IMG/VR virus record: IMGVR_UViG_3300029620_000016 | Span: 1-42,683 of that record | DNA from: a virus | Length of the DNA stretch: 42,683 bases | Direction: 5' to 3' (one strand) | Shown here: positions 16,742-24,641 of the stretch, in pieces | Layout: every line of letters starts with the position of its first letter | Position numbering within the stretch: position 1 is the first letter of the stretch | Translations under genes and position numbers: made by a program | Notes under the pieces: model-generated | Database searches by the model: none | Told to the model about the DNA's origin: nothing | What the model saw: the letters and a program-made list of their open reading frames with translations, nothing else

Positions 16742-18580
16742 TTAAGCACCTCTAACTCTTCTAACTCTTCTGACTGGAGTTTCTTTGGCTTCAGCTTCAA
16801 CTGGTGTAGCTGCTTCACTACTTTGTTCTTGAACTTCAACAGGTTCAGCTTCAACAACTGCTGTTTCAGTTCTAGATTTACGTGTTCTACGTGCTGAAAC
16901 ATCTTCTACTGGAGTAACTATTCCAACGGATGTATCTTCGGAATGAGCTTGAACTTCTTCAACTTTTGGTTCAGGATTACCCACCACTCCATAAGCTGTA
17001 CTCATGGTTATTTTACTTGGTTGAGTAATCTCTTCCTTAAACTGTTCAGTATGAGCTTTTCTAAACTCTTCAACCTTATTCATGTGAGCTGTGTTAGGTT
17101 TTTGAGCATTTAAAGCTTCTTTATAAACTCCCATTAATGCTTCCCAACTTAATGGACATTCAGTAGTTTTAAGACCTTGTAAACGACCGCCACCAAACAC
17201 TACTTCATTTTGTTTGAATGTTAATTTTCTTGTTCCATCGCTTTCAACAACTAGTCTAGCGACTAAATCGACCATACCAGCGATTTTATTTCTTAATTTT
17301 TCTTGTAAATTAGGAGTAATAGCAGTGATCTTTTTATCCTTGGACATGATATCTCTGGAAGTGTCTTCATGTGATAACAATATAATGTTATAAGGTAAGT
17401 TAAGTAATCTTTTAATATTTCTCAAAAATTCAGAACGAACTATATCATATGCTCTAAATGAATCATCACTTTCATGTGTCCAACCATTTTTATCACACAT
17501 ATATACACGGCAATAGTCGTACTCATCTTCTAATAAATCAACTACGATAGTTTTAAATTCCGAACCTTTTTCTAGTTCTGTAATAGCTTCTGTAAAAACT
17601 TCCCAAGCGTATTTACGCTTTGTAATTCTTCCTGTGGTGGTTACTTCATCTTTAATTGCTAAACGTGGCATAGTGACATATTTAACATTTCCATCACTAT
17701 TTAAGTTAAGTGGTGTATCAGACTTATCAGCTAATGTAGTCTTACCACTAAATGGCGCTCCATAGATCCATATTTTGACAAAGTTGCTTTGAGCAATAGC
17801 AACTCTACTCGTACTTGGTAAATTCATATTTTTTTCCTCCTTTATGTTTAATGAATCTCCATTTATACAATATTCTTTAAATTCACACCAATCACATAGT
17901 CTTGTTTTGTTTTTGGGGTATTCTTTAGAATTTGTAATTTGATTTGTTAAGTTAAGATATGATTGCAATTTTTCTTCATCATAAGGAACTTCTTTGACTA
18001 GAATTTCAGTTGAATTAAGCATTTCAATAATACGCTTTCTGAATTGAATCAAGGTTTCATTTAGTTTTTGTCTAGGTGCAATTTTTGGAATAAAGATAAA
18101 TCCAAGTTTTGAAACTTTAATTCCAAGAACTTTTTCAGAATAGTATTTATAAACATGTAATTGTTTTGACACCATGTATCTGTCAACTGAATTTGAGTAC
18201 TTAAAATCAATTATTCCATATGTTCCATCACCTACTGGATATAAATAATCGATATATCCAATAAATGTTTTGGTTTGAATTTTTACTTCATGTTTTCCGT
18301 TTGGGTAATATTGTTCAAGAATTGTTTTAACTTTTGGAATTAAATATTCAAGCTTAATAGCTTCTTCGATATGCTTATCAGTAATGATTGGATAAGAATT
18401 GTAATATCCTTGAATTGCTTCCTTGACGGTAGTTTCAATGCCTTTATGAAGTGCTGTTCCTAATGTTAAAGGTGAAAGTGGATCATAATCATCATAAGTT
18501 TTTAGCTTATCAATGTACCTTAACTTATATTGATAATTGCAGTTGGAGTAGCATTCTACTCTTGAATATGAGAATTGCAT
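16742..18580 (-). CDS. Fusion of a Cas4/RecB-like PD-(D/E)XK nuclease, an AAA_24 (Sak4-like) P-loop ATPase and an acidic/basic disordered tail
   Basis: N-terminus: SYSRVECYSNC, IIDFKYS and the Cys cluster CDWCEFKEYC. Middle: Walker A IYGAPFSGKTTLAD and Walker B IVVDLLED. The start is placed at MQFSYSR (18580). Confidence 0.7.
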   Translation of the reverse strand: MQFSYSRVECYSNCNYQYKLRYIDKLKTYDDYDPLSPLTLGTALHKGIETTVKEAIQGYYNSYPIITDKHIEEAIKLEYLIPKVKTILEQYYPNGKHEVKIQTKTFIGYIDYLYPVGDGTYGIIDFKYSNSVDRYMVSKQLHVYKYYSEKVLGIKVSKLGFIFIPKIAPRQKLNETLIQFRKRIIEMLNSTEILVKEVPYDEEKLQSYLNLTNQITNSKEYPKNKTRLCDWCEFKEYCINGDSLNIKEEKNMNLPSTSRVAIAQSNFVKIWIYGAPFSGKTTLADKSDTPLNLNSDGNVKYVTMPRLAIKDEVTTTGRITKRKYAWEVFTEAITELEKGSEFKTIVVDLLEDEYDYCRVYMCDKNGWTHESDDSFRAYDIVRSEFLRNIKRLLNLPYNIILLSHEDTSRDIMSKDKKITAITPNLQEKLRNKIAGMVDLVARLVVESDGTRKLTFKQNEVVFGGGRLQGLKTTECPLSWEALMGVYKEALNAQKPNTAHMNKVEEFRKAHTEQFKEEITQPSKITMSTAYGVVGNPEPKVEEVQAHSEDTSVGIVTPVEDVSARRTRKSRTETAVVEAEPVEVQEQSSEAATPVEAEAKETPVRRVRRVRGA

Positions 18581-18640
18581 ATTTAAGTATAGCCACTTCC
18601 TTTTGATTTGATATTCATATTTCCTCCTTTCTAGTATCAA

Positions 18641-18670
18641 TTAATATCAATTAATGTCAACTTTTGTAAA
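18641..18670 (-). promoter_or_regulatory. Promoter-like conserved 30-mer, copy B, upstream of the recombination genes
   Basis: The minus strand reads TTTACAAAAGTTGACATTAATTGATATTAA. It matches 9561-9590 at 25 of 30 positions. Confidence 0.4.
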
Positions 18671-18690
18671 TTCATTATAATAAATGTTAC

Positions 18691-19104
18691 TCAAAGTGTC
18701 AATAGTTTTTCACACAAACTTTTAAATTGTTCAAAATCCCAAACTGGTATGTGTTTATATTCAGGATAAGTGTTTTTAATCCAATTGGTTAACTTTAGTT
18801 TAGTGTCATATTTTTCAACTAGTATAAATCCAATGGATGATTTAGTGATCAAATCTAAATTCTTAAGTTGTAACAAAGATGGTTTCCCATTAGGTGCTTT
18901 GAGTTCAGCTTCAATAGATGTTCCGTGTAGCACTATATGCATATCTGGTAATCCAGACTTTGCAAACTGCCCACCTCCCCAACGTTTCTCCCAATATCCT
19001 GTTATCGGTTCTTTGAGCTGTTCTTTTGGAGTTCCAAAGTTATAACAACCTATGGATTCCAAGTAGTTTTTTACTTTGTTTTCAAATTGTTTTTCTTGAG
19101 TCAT
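18691..19104 (-). CDS. VRR-NUC / PD-(D/E)XK nuclease
   Basis: GLPDMHIVL...IEAELKAPNGKPSLLQLKN gives a D...ExK...Q motif. 137 aa, near an SNF2 ATPase, which is a common pairing. Confidence 0.6.
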   Translation of the reverse strand: MTQEKQFENKVKNYLESIGCYNFGTPKEQLKEPITGYWEKRWGGGQFAKSGLPDMHIVLHGTSIEAELKAPNGKPSLLQLKNLDLITKSSIGFILVEKYDTKLKLTNWIKNTYPEYKHIPVWDFEQFKSLCEKLLTL

Positions 19105-19454
19105 TAATTAGATTCATCCTTTTTCTTAAAATATTCAAGTACTTGATTAGTATTTATAATATATCTTGGTATAATATCGAAATTATAAGATTTTATATAA
19201 TCCACAAGTATATTAGCTTGTTTCATTAAATCTTCATGAGTTTTAGTTTTATATGAGCTAGTACTAAAACTATATTTATTTAATTCTTTTGAAGTGCTTA
19301 AAAGCTCACCTTTATAATTAGTTTTCAATAATAATTTATTTGTTTCTGTAATTATTTCGGTCAATTCTTTTAAATTGTTGGCTAGTATAACACATGGTCT
19401 ATAAATGTTATTTAGACTATCATAAATTAACAAATTTGTTTGATAACCTTTCAT
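19104..19454 (-). CDS. Hypothetical protein (116 aa)
   Basis: Early-operon ORF abutting its neighbours. Confidence 0.5.
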   Translation of the reverse strand: MKGYQTNLLIYDSLNNIYRPCVILANNLKELTEIITETNKLLLKTNYKGELLSTSKELNKYSFSTSSYKTKTHEDLMKQANILVDYIKSYNFDIIPRYIINTNQVLEYFKKKDESN

Positions 19455-19648
19455 TCTGTATATTCCACCTCCATATCAAATAATTCTTTAAATCTTGTTT
19501 TGTAAAAGTTTTTTAGTGTTCCGTAAGATTTACCAGTTGCTAGATTTTTGATTTCTATATCGTCTCTTTCCCACATTTTATCTGGAATAAAACTCGCTAA
19601 TACTACTATAAAGTTGATAATATCTTCACTCTTTTCAATTCGTTCCAT
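19451..19648 (-). CDS. Hypothetical protein (65 aa; start uncertain)
   Basis: The ORF overlaps the upstream ORF by 43 nt. An internal Met (DKMWERD) is an alternative start. Confidence 0.4.
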   Translation of the reverse strand: MERIEKSEDIINFIVVLASFIPDKMWERDDIEIKNLATGKSYGTLKNFYKTRFKELFDMEVEYTE

Positions 19649-19857
19649 TCTATTAATGTCAGCCTTTCTCCTTCATCAATATACATGTCCCAATGAGTAG
19701 TGGCTTTTGTTTTACAAAGCCTTGTAGAATAAGTTTTCGTTTCCGATGGTGTTACAATACCTTCTATAGTTTTGTCTCTTATTCCCCATTTTGTATGCTG
19801 TTCGTAAGTTATTTTTATTTTCTTACCACTTAATCTCTTTACTTGTGTTTCAGTCAT
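19606..19857 (-). CDS. Hypothetical protein (83 aa)
   Basis: Early-operon ORF. Confidence 0.5.
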   Translation of the reverse strand: MTETQVKRLSGKKIKITYEQHTKWGIRDKTIEGIVTPSETKTYSTRLCKTKATTHWDMYIDEGERLTLIEWNELKRVKILSTL

Positions 19858-19868
19858 TTTTCTATCGA

Positions 19869-19988
19869 TTATCTCCTTAATTCAACAATTAAACCAATAA
19901 TTACAACAACTATCATAATGATGATTATACCAAATGCAATATATCGACAAATAACTGATATATTTGTCCCCTCATTCAACCAATCCAT
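19869..19988 (-). CDS. Mini-ORF, 39-aa single-pass membrane peptide (MDWLNEGTNISVICRYIAFGIIIIMIVVVIIGLIVELRR)
   Basis: Translated by hand. TAATG overlap with the SNF2 stop. Confidence 0.35.
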   Translation of the reverse strand: MDWLNEGTNISVICRYIAFGIIIIMIVVVIIGLIVELRR

Positions 19989-21235
19989 TATTTCATTTCC
20001 TCCTTAAATAAATCTTCCGTGTAGTTCTTTCGTTGATCGAGTGTGTTATAGATACTCCATTCAATACCGCTAATCAACTTATAGTAAATACATTTATCAA
20101 TAGTTCCTATTCTGTGGATTCTTTTCTTGGATTGTTCATACAACTCACTGCTCAAAGTTGGACTAAAATAGATAATCTTATTGCATTTTTGCAAGTTATG
20201 CCCCATTGAACCACTTTGATATTGGCACAGTGTAATTGAGTTAGATTCGTTCTCATAAGCTGTTTTATCCTTAACCTTGCCATTGATATAGGATATCGGT
20301 CTATCTTCAGGAATAACGCTTTTAATAGCTTCTAACTCGATATCGAAGTTGTAAAAAATAATAAGTCTATCTTGAGTGGATTCAATTAAATCTTGTAAGG
20401 CTTGAATTTTATCAGGATTATATGCACTCGATAATTGTCTTGCATATAATAACTTATTAAGAGTTGTATCACCGACTAGCTCTTTACCATCTACTTCAAC
20501 TAAAGAGTGTTTCATAAAATCTTTATAAAGTTTGGTTTCTTTAATTGCTTTAGTAATAAATCTTTGTTCTGGTAAGTCCATAACTTCATCCGTTCTTTTA
20601 AAGAAACATCCGTGTTCTCTTAATTTTCTTTTTAATCGTTCAACATTTTTATATCCAACGATTTTTGGAAATCCATCTTCAGTATAATCATATATACAGT
20701 ATTGCCTTTGAAATAGTTCTTTAGAAATACTCCATCCAAGTAAATGAATTTGAGATAATAGATTTTCATACTTTCCACCGACTGGTGTTCCAGATAATAA
20801 AATTACATTGGTAGGATTAAGTTTTTTTAGAATAAATTTTGAGCGTTTAGATGTGTCATTTTGAATTAGGGATGATTCATCTAGCATGAGTGTAAAGTCC
20901 GTTAGAGTGGCTAATTCAGGTCTACGCCATATAAGGTCATAGTTGATAATACCAACCATTCTAAATGAAGTCACATGCAAGAACATATTTAATTCATTAT
21001 TATCTGTTAAATCTAAAGTGCATATAAGTGGTTCTTTATAGTTCTCTTTGAAGTGATTCATCCAATCATCAACTTTTGACTTTTGACAGACAACTAAAAT
21101 GTTTTTGTGTAGACTTACAGCTTTTTCAGCACCTATGTAAGTTTTTCCAAGACCCATATCATAATAGTACGCCACCTTAGTTAAACCTTTAGATTCTTCA
21201 AGTACTTCAGCTTGGTGTGGCAACAATTTAATCAT
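19988..21235 (-). CDS. SNF2-family ATPase/helicase (early-region copy)
   Basis: MGLGKTYIG (motif I), LMLDESSLIQN (II), LLSGTP (III), QSKKRIHRIG (VI). Confidence 0.8.
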   Translation of the reverse strand: MIKLLPHQAEVLEESKGLTKVAYYYDMGLGKTYIGAEKAVSLHKNILVVCQKSKVDDWMNHFKENYKEPLICTLDLTDNNELNMFLHVTSFRMVGIINYDLIWRRPELATLTDFTLMLDESSLIQNDTSKRSKFILKKLNPTNVILLSGTPVGGKYENLLSQIHLLGWSISKELFQRQYCIYDYTEDGFPKIVGYKNVERLKRKLREHGCFFKRTDEVMDLPEQRFITKAIKETKLYKDFMKHSLVEVDGKELVGDTTLNKLLYARQLSSAYNPDKIQALQDLIESTQDRLIIFYNFDIELEAIKSVIPEDRPISYINGKVKDKTAYENESNSITLCQYQSGSMGHNLQKCNKIIYFSPTLSSELYEQSKKRIHRIGTIDKCIYYKLISGIEWSIYNTLDQRKNYTEDLFKEEMK

Positions 21236-21763
21236 TTAAGATACCTCCTTTTCTTTTTTACATGAAAACATTTCAGTACACTTACCATTTCTATATGCAC
21301 ATAACGGCACTAAAACATTTTTCATATAAGGTGCAACTTTAATAACCTCTTTAACTATTAGTTGCATAACTTCTCTTGTTTCCTTACTAGCTTGATTACA
21401 AAGCCGTTTATGAGCCATTTGCATTAACTCTTGAGCATTTATACTCATAATGTGTGAAACAAGCTCTCCTTGCCCTTTTTGACTACGTGGAATAGGATTA
21501 TTAGTTCTATCATCCCTTTGAGTTTGGACATAATGATTCACACCTATATGATGCCTTACAAAATGGACACTCACCCAATATGGAATCTCCATTTTTATTC
21601 CAAACCACAATTCTCTAATAGGACTATGTTCAGCTTCAACTAATTTCTCAAGCCATTCAAGTGTAGGTTCTTTTGTTGTTGATTTTCCAACAGTGTTTAA
21701 ACAACATTCTTTACACCACCACAAGTCAACATGCGATGGAAACTTTAATACTTCAACTTTCAT
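21236..21763 (-). CDS. Truncated, motif-divergent ThyX-like (flavin-dependent thymidylate synthase fold) protein
   Basis: AEHSPIRELWFGIKMEIPYWVSVHFVRHHIGVNHYVQTQRDD aligns by eye to the ThyX HGHExPxEH...RHRxxSxxxxSxRY block. NAQELMQMAHKRLCNQASKETREV aligns to ThyX NARSLMNFLNLR..AQWEI. Only 175 aa. Confidence 0.55.
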   Translation of the reverse strand: MKVEVLKFPSHVDLWWCKECCLNTVGKSTTKEPTLEWLEKLVEAEHSPIRELWFGIKMEIPYWVSVHFVRHHIGVNHYVQTQRDDRTNNPIPRSQKGQGELVSHIMSINAQELMQMAHKRLCNQASKETREVMQLIVKEVIKVAPYMKNVLVPLCAYRNGKCTEMFSCKKEKEVS

Positions 21764-21765
21764 TG

Positions 21766-21957
21766 TTAGTCCATCTCTATTTTGTCGATTAACACACTTA
21801 AATTTGTAATATGAGTTTTAATAGCATTTGAATATCCATATAAATATTGAACTTCTTCCTTGTCGTTAAAATTAGTATATAAAACTTCGTGTGATACTCC
21901 TTCATTGCATAAATCAATTAAATGTTTTAAATCATTAATAATTTCTACTTTTGTCAT
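21766..21957 (-). CDS. Hypothetical protein (63 aa)
   Basis: Early-operon ORF. Confidence 0.5.
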   Translation of the reverse strand: MTKVEIINDLKHLIDLCNEGVSHEVLYTNFNDKEEVQYLYGYSNAIKTHITNLSVLIDKIEMD

Positions 21958-22102
21958 TTATGTACTCCTCCAATTTATCTTTTCTAATTTTAATTGAGCC
22001 TATTTTAACAGCTTCTAAATTTCCCTTTTTAATTTCATCATAAACAAAATTACGATTTACTTTTAACAATTCAGCTACTTCGCTGACTGTGTACAATAAC
22101 AA
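21935..22102 (-). CDS. Excisionase/MerR-type HTH DNA-binding protein (55 aa, TTG start)
   Basis: Translated by hand: (L)LLYTVSEVAELLKVNRNFVYDEIKKGNLEAVKIGSIKIRKDKLEEYI. A GAGGAGG SD lies 7 nt upstream. It is below the track size cutoff. Confidence 0.5.
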   Translation of the reverse strand: MLLYTVSEVAELLKVNRNFVYDEIKKGNLEAVKIGSIKIRKDKLEEYINDKSRNY

Positions 22103-22104
22103 AT

Positions 22105-22308
22105 CTATTCCTCCTCAAAAAATAAAGTCCAGTCAAAACCTAAATAGTTTGCGATGGCTTTGGCACTTCTAATTGATGGCTTTATAAGTCCAATTTCAAT
22201 AGAGCCAATTGTGGATCTAGTGATAATACCTAATTCATCAGCTAGTTTTTCTTGAGTTATTCCAGCTTCTTTACGTTTTGAAATCATTAATTTAACGCCT
22301 TTTGTCAT
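22105..22308 (-). CDS. Cro-like XRE-family HTH regulator
   Basis: HTH ITQEKLADELGIITRSTIGSIE. I moved the start to the second Met (MTKGVKL) because GGGGGTGA within the longer track ORF is its SD. Confidence 0.7.
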   Translation of the reverse strand: MTKGVKLMISKRKEAGITQEKLADELGIITRSTIGSIEIGLIKPSIRSAKAIANYLGFDWTLFFEEE

Positions 22309-22322
22309 CTTTTCACCCCCTT

Positions 22323-22487
22323 TCATTGAATAATCTTTTCAATATGTAAAATACCTAAAAAACGTTTAATGTTTTCAAGAGTATTACATCTTTTAGGAAT
22401 GTTTACGAAAGTTTTTCCATCTAATTTTTTGATAACAAAATAGTTATCGTTAGATATGCAGTCAACTATATACTTTTGTGTGTTCAT
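22323..22487 (-). CDS. Hypothetical 54-aa protein, first gene of the early leftward operon
   Basis: Translated by hand: MNTQKYIVDCISNDNYFVIKKLDGKTFVNIPKRCNTLENIKRFLGILHIEKIIQ. A GGAGGCACAATC SD region lies upstream. Confidence 0.4.
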   Translation of the reverse strand: MNTQKYIVDCISNDNYFVIKKLDGKTFVNIPKRCNTLENIKRFLGILHIEKIIQ

Positions 22488-22544
22488 GATTGTGCCTCCT
22501 TGTATATGTTTTTTTAACTGTCACGTGTTATTCGCAATAACCCC

Positions 22545-22573
22545 TTGACAGCTTTTATTATACCATTTACAAT
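22545..22573 (+). promoter_or_regulatory. Rightward promoter for the cI-like gene
   Basis: TTGACA (22545-22550), 17 nt, TACAAT (22568-22573). Confidence 0.55.
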
Positions 22574-22584
22574 GACATTGTCAA
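22557..22584 (-). promoter_or_regulatory. Leftward early promoter, interleaved with the rightward one
   Basis: Minus strand: TTGACA (22584-22579), 16 nt, TATAAT (22562-22557). Confidence 0.55.
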
Positions 22585-22609
22585 TAACATTTGTCAAAAA
22601 TAGTGACAA
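22573..22609. promoter_or_regulatory. Candidate operators (TGACA/TGTCA palindromes)
   Basis: TGACAtTGTCA at 22573-22583 and TTGTCAaaaatagTGACAA at 22591-22609. Further half-sites lie at 22519 and 22546. Confidence 0.45.
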
Positions 22610-22650
22610 TTTTAAAAATATTAGTTGGGTTTTGAAAGGTGGTGATAAAT

Positions 22651-23109
22651 ATGGAAACCAACAAAAAATTACAAGAACTAAGAAAACTCAAGGGTTATAG
22701 TCAATCAGAGCTAGCTAACTTAGTCGGTGTATCCAGAAGTGCAATTGCTGGATATGAAAATGGTTACACTCAACCAAGCTTAGAGATACTTTGCAAGTTA
22801 TGTGAGATATTCGACATATCCATAGATTCATTAATGGATTTTGACAACATAAATCCTCATAAAGATAAAGTTTTAAAAAGGTCAAATATAAGAGCTATCA
22901 AACCTAAAAAAGTACGTAAAGATAGATCAATTGAAATTAAACAAGTTGTTGTTATAGAAGTAGATAAAGTTTTAGACAATCTATATGAAGAAATGATTAA
23001 AGCCCACACAGTCAGTATCAATAAAAAAGATTTAACTAAGGAACAAAAAGAGTTTGTTTTAAAAATAATCAAAAACACTAACCAATTACTAAATGAGCTT
23101 TATGCTTAG
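22651..23109 (+). CDS. cI-like XRE-family repressor with no recognisable S24 peptidase domain
   Basis: HTH YSQSELANLVGVSRSAIAGYENG. It is divergent from the cro-like gene. Start moved to the ATG at 22651, with SD AAAGGTGGTGA. Confidence 0.75.
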   Translation: METNKKLQELRKLKGYSQSELANLVGVSRSAIAGYENGYTQPSLEILCKLCEIFDISIDSLMDFDNINPHKDKVLKRSNIRAIKPKKVRKDRSIEIKQVVVIEVDKVLDNLYEEMIKAHTVSINKKDLTKEQKEFVLKIIKNTNQLLNELYA

Positions 23110-23332
23110 GTAAGGGTTGGTAAGGGTTGGTAAGTGTTATTTTGATAAACCCTTACCTTAAAAAAGCTAGATTTCATCGGACTTTTTACGAAAAAGGTAA
23201 GAGGTAAGTGTTAATAGTTAATTTCTTTTATATATTATTTATAAAATTATTAAATTATGGAAATCATTATAATGAATACATATATAATATAAATAATAAA
23301 GAAATATATAATAGTAACTCTTACCACTTACC
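23109..23332 (+). repeat. Cassette C2, the inverted paralogue of 9940-10162
   Basis: GGTAAGGGTT, GGTAAGGGTT, GGTAAGTGTT, 11 nt, CCCTTACC, 39 nt (A6..T5..A5), GTAAGAGGTAAGTGTT, 103-bp AT-rich spacer, AACTCTTACCACTTACC. The segment lengths match C1. Confidence 0.85.
23307..23312 (+). promoter_or_regulatory. Candidate -10 (TATAAT) inside cassette C2, facing int
   Basis: aaaTATAATagtAACTCTTACC, homologous to the C1 arrangement. Confidence 0.3.
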
Positions 23333-23400
23333 TTTTTTATCAAAAATCGGACTTTTTAGCTTAAAAAGGCTAAAAATTGACTAAAAATATCATTTTTTAA

Positions 23401-23472
23401 GGTAAGAGTTTGTATAAAAAACACTTACTTTAACCCTTACCGAACACTTACCAACTCTTACTAACACTTACT
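23401..23472. repeat. Decamer array abutting the int ribosome-binding site
   Basis: GGTAAGAGTT at 23401. Then five AAC(A/C/T)CTTAC(C/T) units starting at 23420, 23432, 23443, 23453 and 23463, spaced 10-12 bp. Confidence 0.85.
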
Positions 23473-23494
23473 TTTAAGGAGGTTTTAATAAAAA

Positions 23495-24607
23495 ATGGCA
23501 CAAATATCAACACGTAAGAGAGGTAATACATGGGAGTATAGTTTTGAAATAGCATCTGTTGATGGAAAACGTAAAAGAAAATCAAAAGGTGGATTTAGAA
23601 CTAAAAAAGAATGTTTAGAAGCTGGAACTAAAGCTAAAGCTGAATATGACAGTTGTGGAACAGTTAATAATGAAACAATGATGTCAGTTAGTGACTGGTT
23701 AGATATTTGGTATAAAGATTGTATTGATAAAAGATATAAACCAGCTACTAAAGAAACTTATAACTCAGTTATTAGACAGATAAAAAGACAGTTTGGTAAT
23801 TATAGATTAGCTTCTTTAACACCACTTGCAATAAATAAATGGTTCAATGAGTTAATTGATGAAGGTTATGCTACTAGTACTGTTAGAAATGTTAGAAGAA
23901 TCTTAAATGGAGCTTTAAATTATGCATATCAAATGTGTGTTATTAAAGAGAATCCATGCTCTAGAGTTAGAATTAAAACTTCAGATTCAGAAAAATTTAA
24001 AAATACATTAATAGTTACACCTGATTTATTTGAAAAGATATTAAAAAAATTTGATACTAAAGTAACTTATTATAGAATACCATTTCTTATTGGTTGGTTC
24101 ACTGGTATGAGAGGTGGTGAAGTATTAGGTTTAACTTGGGATGATATTGATTTTGAAAATAAAACTATTCATGTATGTAAAACTCAAACATGGGCATTTA
24201 ATCAAATTCATATACATTATCCAAAGACACCAAGATCAGTACGTGATATAGCAGTTGGAGATAAGCTTATAAATGAATTAAAAGCCTGGAGAGAGGTTCA
24301 AATAGACAACGCTAATAAATTAGATATGGAAGCTCCTAAATTCATTTGTACAAGAAATAATTTAACATTATTAAGCGTTATTAATTTAAGACACCAAAGT
24401 ATGTCAGTTGCTAGAGAATTGGATATAGATTTTCACTTTCATTGTTTAAGACATACTCATGCTACACTGTTAATAAAGAATGGAGTATCTGTTAAAGAAG
24501 TTCAAGCTAGATTAGGTCATACATCTATACAAACAACATTAGATATTTATACTCATATTAAAGCATCTGAAAGTATAAAATCAGTTGATGTTTTTGAAAA
24601 TTTTTAA
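23495..24607 (+). CDS. int: Tyrosine recombinase / phage integrase
   Basis: N-terminal SAM-like domain. Catalytic residues in GMRGGEVLGLTW (R), HCLRHTHATLL (H-x-x-R) and LGHTSIQTTLDIYTH (H...Y). Confidence 0.9.
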   Translation: MAQISTRKRGNTWEYSFEIASVDGKRKRKSKGGFRTKKECLEAGTKAKAEYDSCGTVNNETMMSVSDWLDIWYKDCIDKRYKPATKETYNSVIRQIKRQFGNYRLASLTPLAINKWFNELIDEGYATSTVRNVRRILNGALNYAYQMCVIKENPCSRVRIKTSDSEKFKNTLIVTPDLFEKILKKFDTKVTYYRIPFLIGWFTGMRGGEVLGLTWDDIDFENKTIHVCKTQTWAFNQIHIHYPKTPRSVRDIAVGDKLINELKAWREVQIDNANKLDMEAPKFICTRNNLTLLSVINLRHQSMSVARELDIDFHFHCLRHTHATLLIKNGVSVKEVQARLGHTSIQTTLDIYTHIKASESIKSVDVFENF

Positions 24608-24641
24608 TGTTGACAAATGGTAGACAAATTAACAGTAATAC

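Noticed and set aside
16741-16902. N-terminal 54-aa extension of track ORF 16417-16902.
   Set aside because: It overlaps the 3' end of the nuclease-ATPase gene by 160 nt in another frame. An ATG at 16740 with a GAGGTG SD, immediately after the upstream stop, is a better start.
22522-22531. Shared 9-mer ACGTGTTAT near GTCACG at 22519-22531 and 40054-40067.
   Set aside because: A single short match between two intergenic regions is within chance expectation for a 42-kb AT-rich genome, and nothing else supports it.
9940-23332. The inverted cassettes as terminal inverted repeats of a Mu/Tn7-like transposon.
   Set aside because: Subterminal multi-copy binding sites fit superficially. However, no DDE transposase or TnsB-like gene is present on either side, and the bracketed DNA is the essential replication and switch module of the phage.
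23110-23494. Cluster 2 as attP (arm-type integrase sites upstream of int).
   Set aside because: A colinear paralogue exists 13 kb away next to a non-recombination gene. Integration here would also separate cI from int. The region downstream of int (24608-24928) is the more conventional attP location. This is not excluded, only judged less likely.
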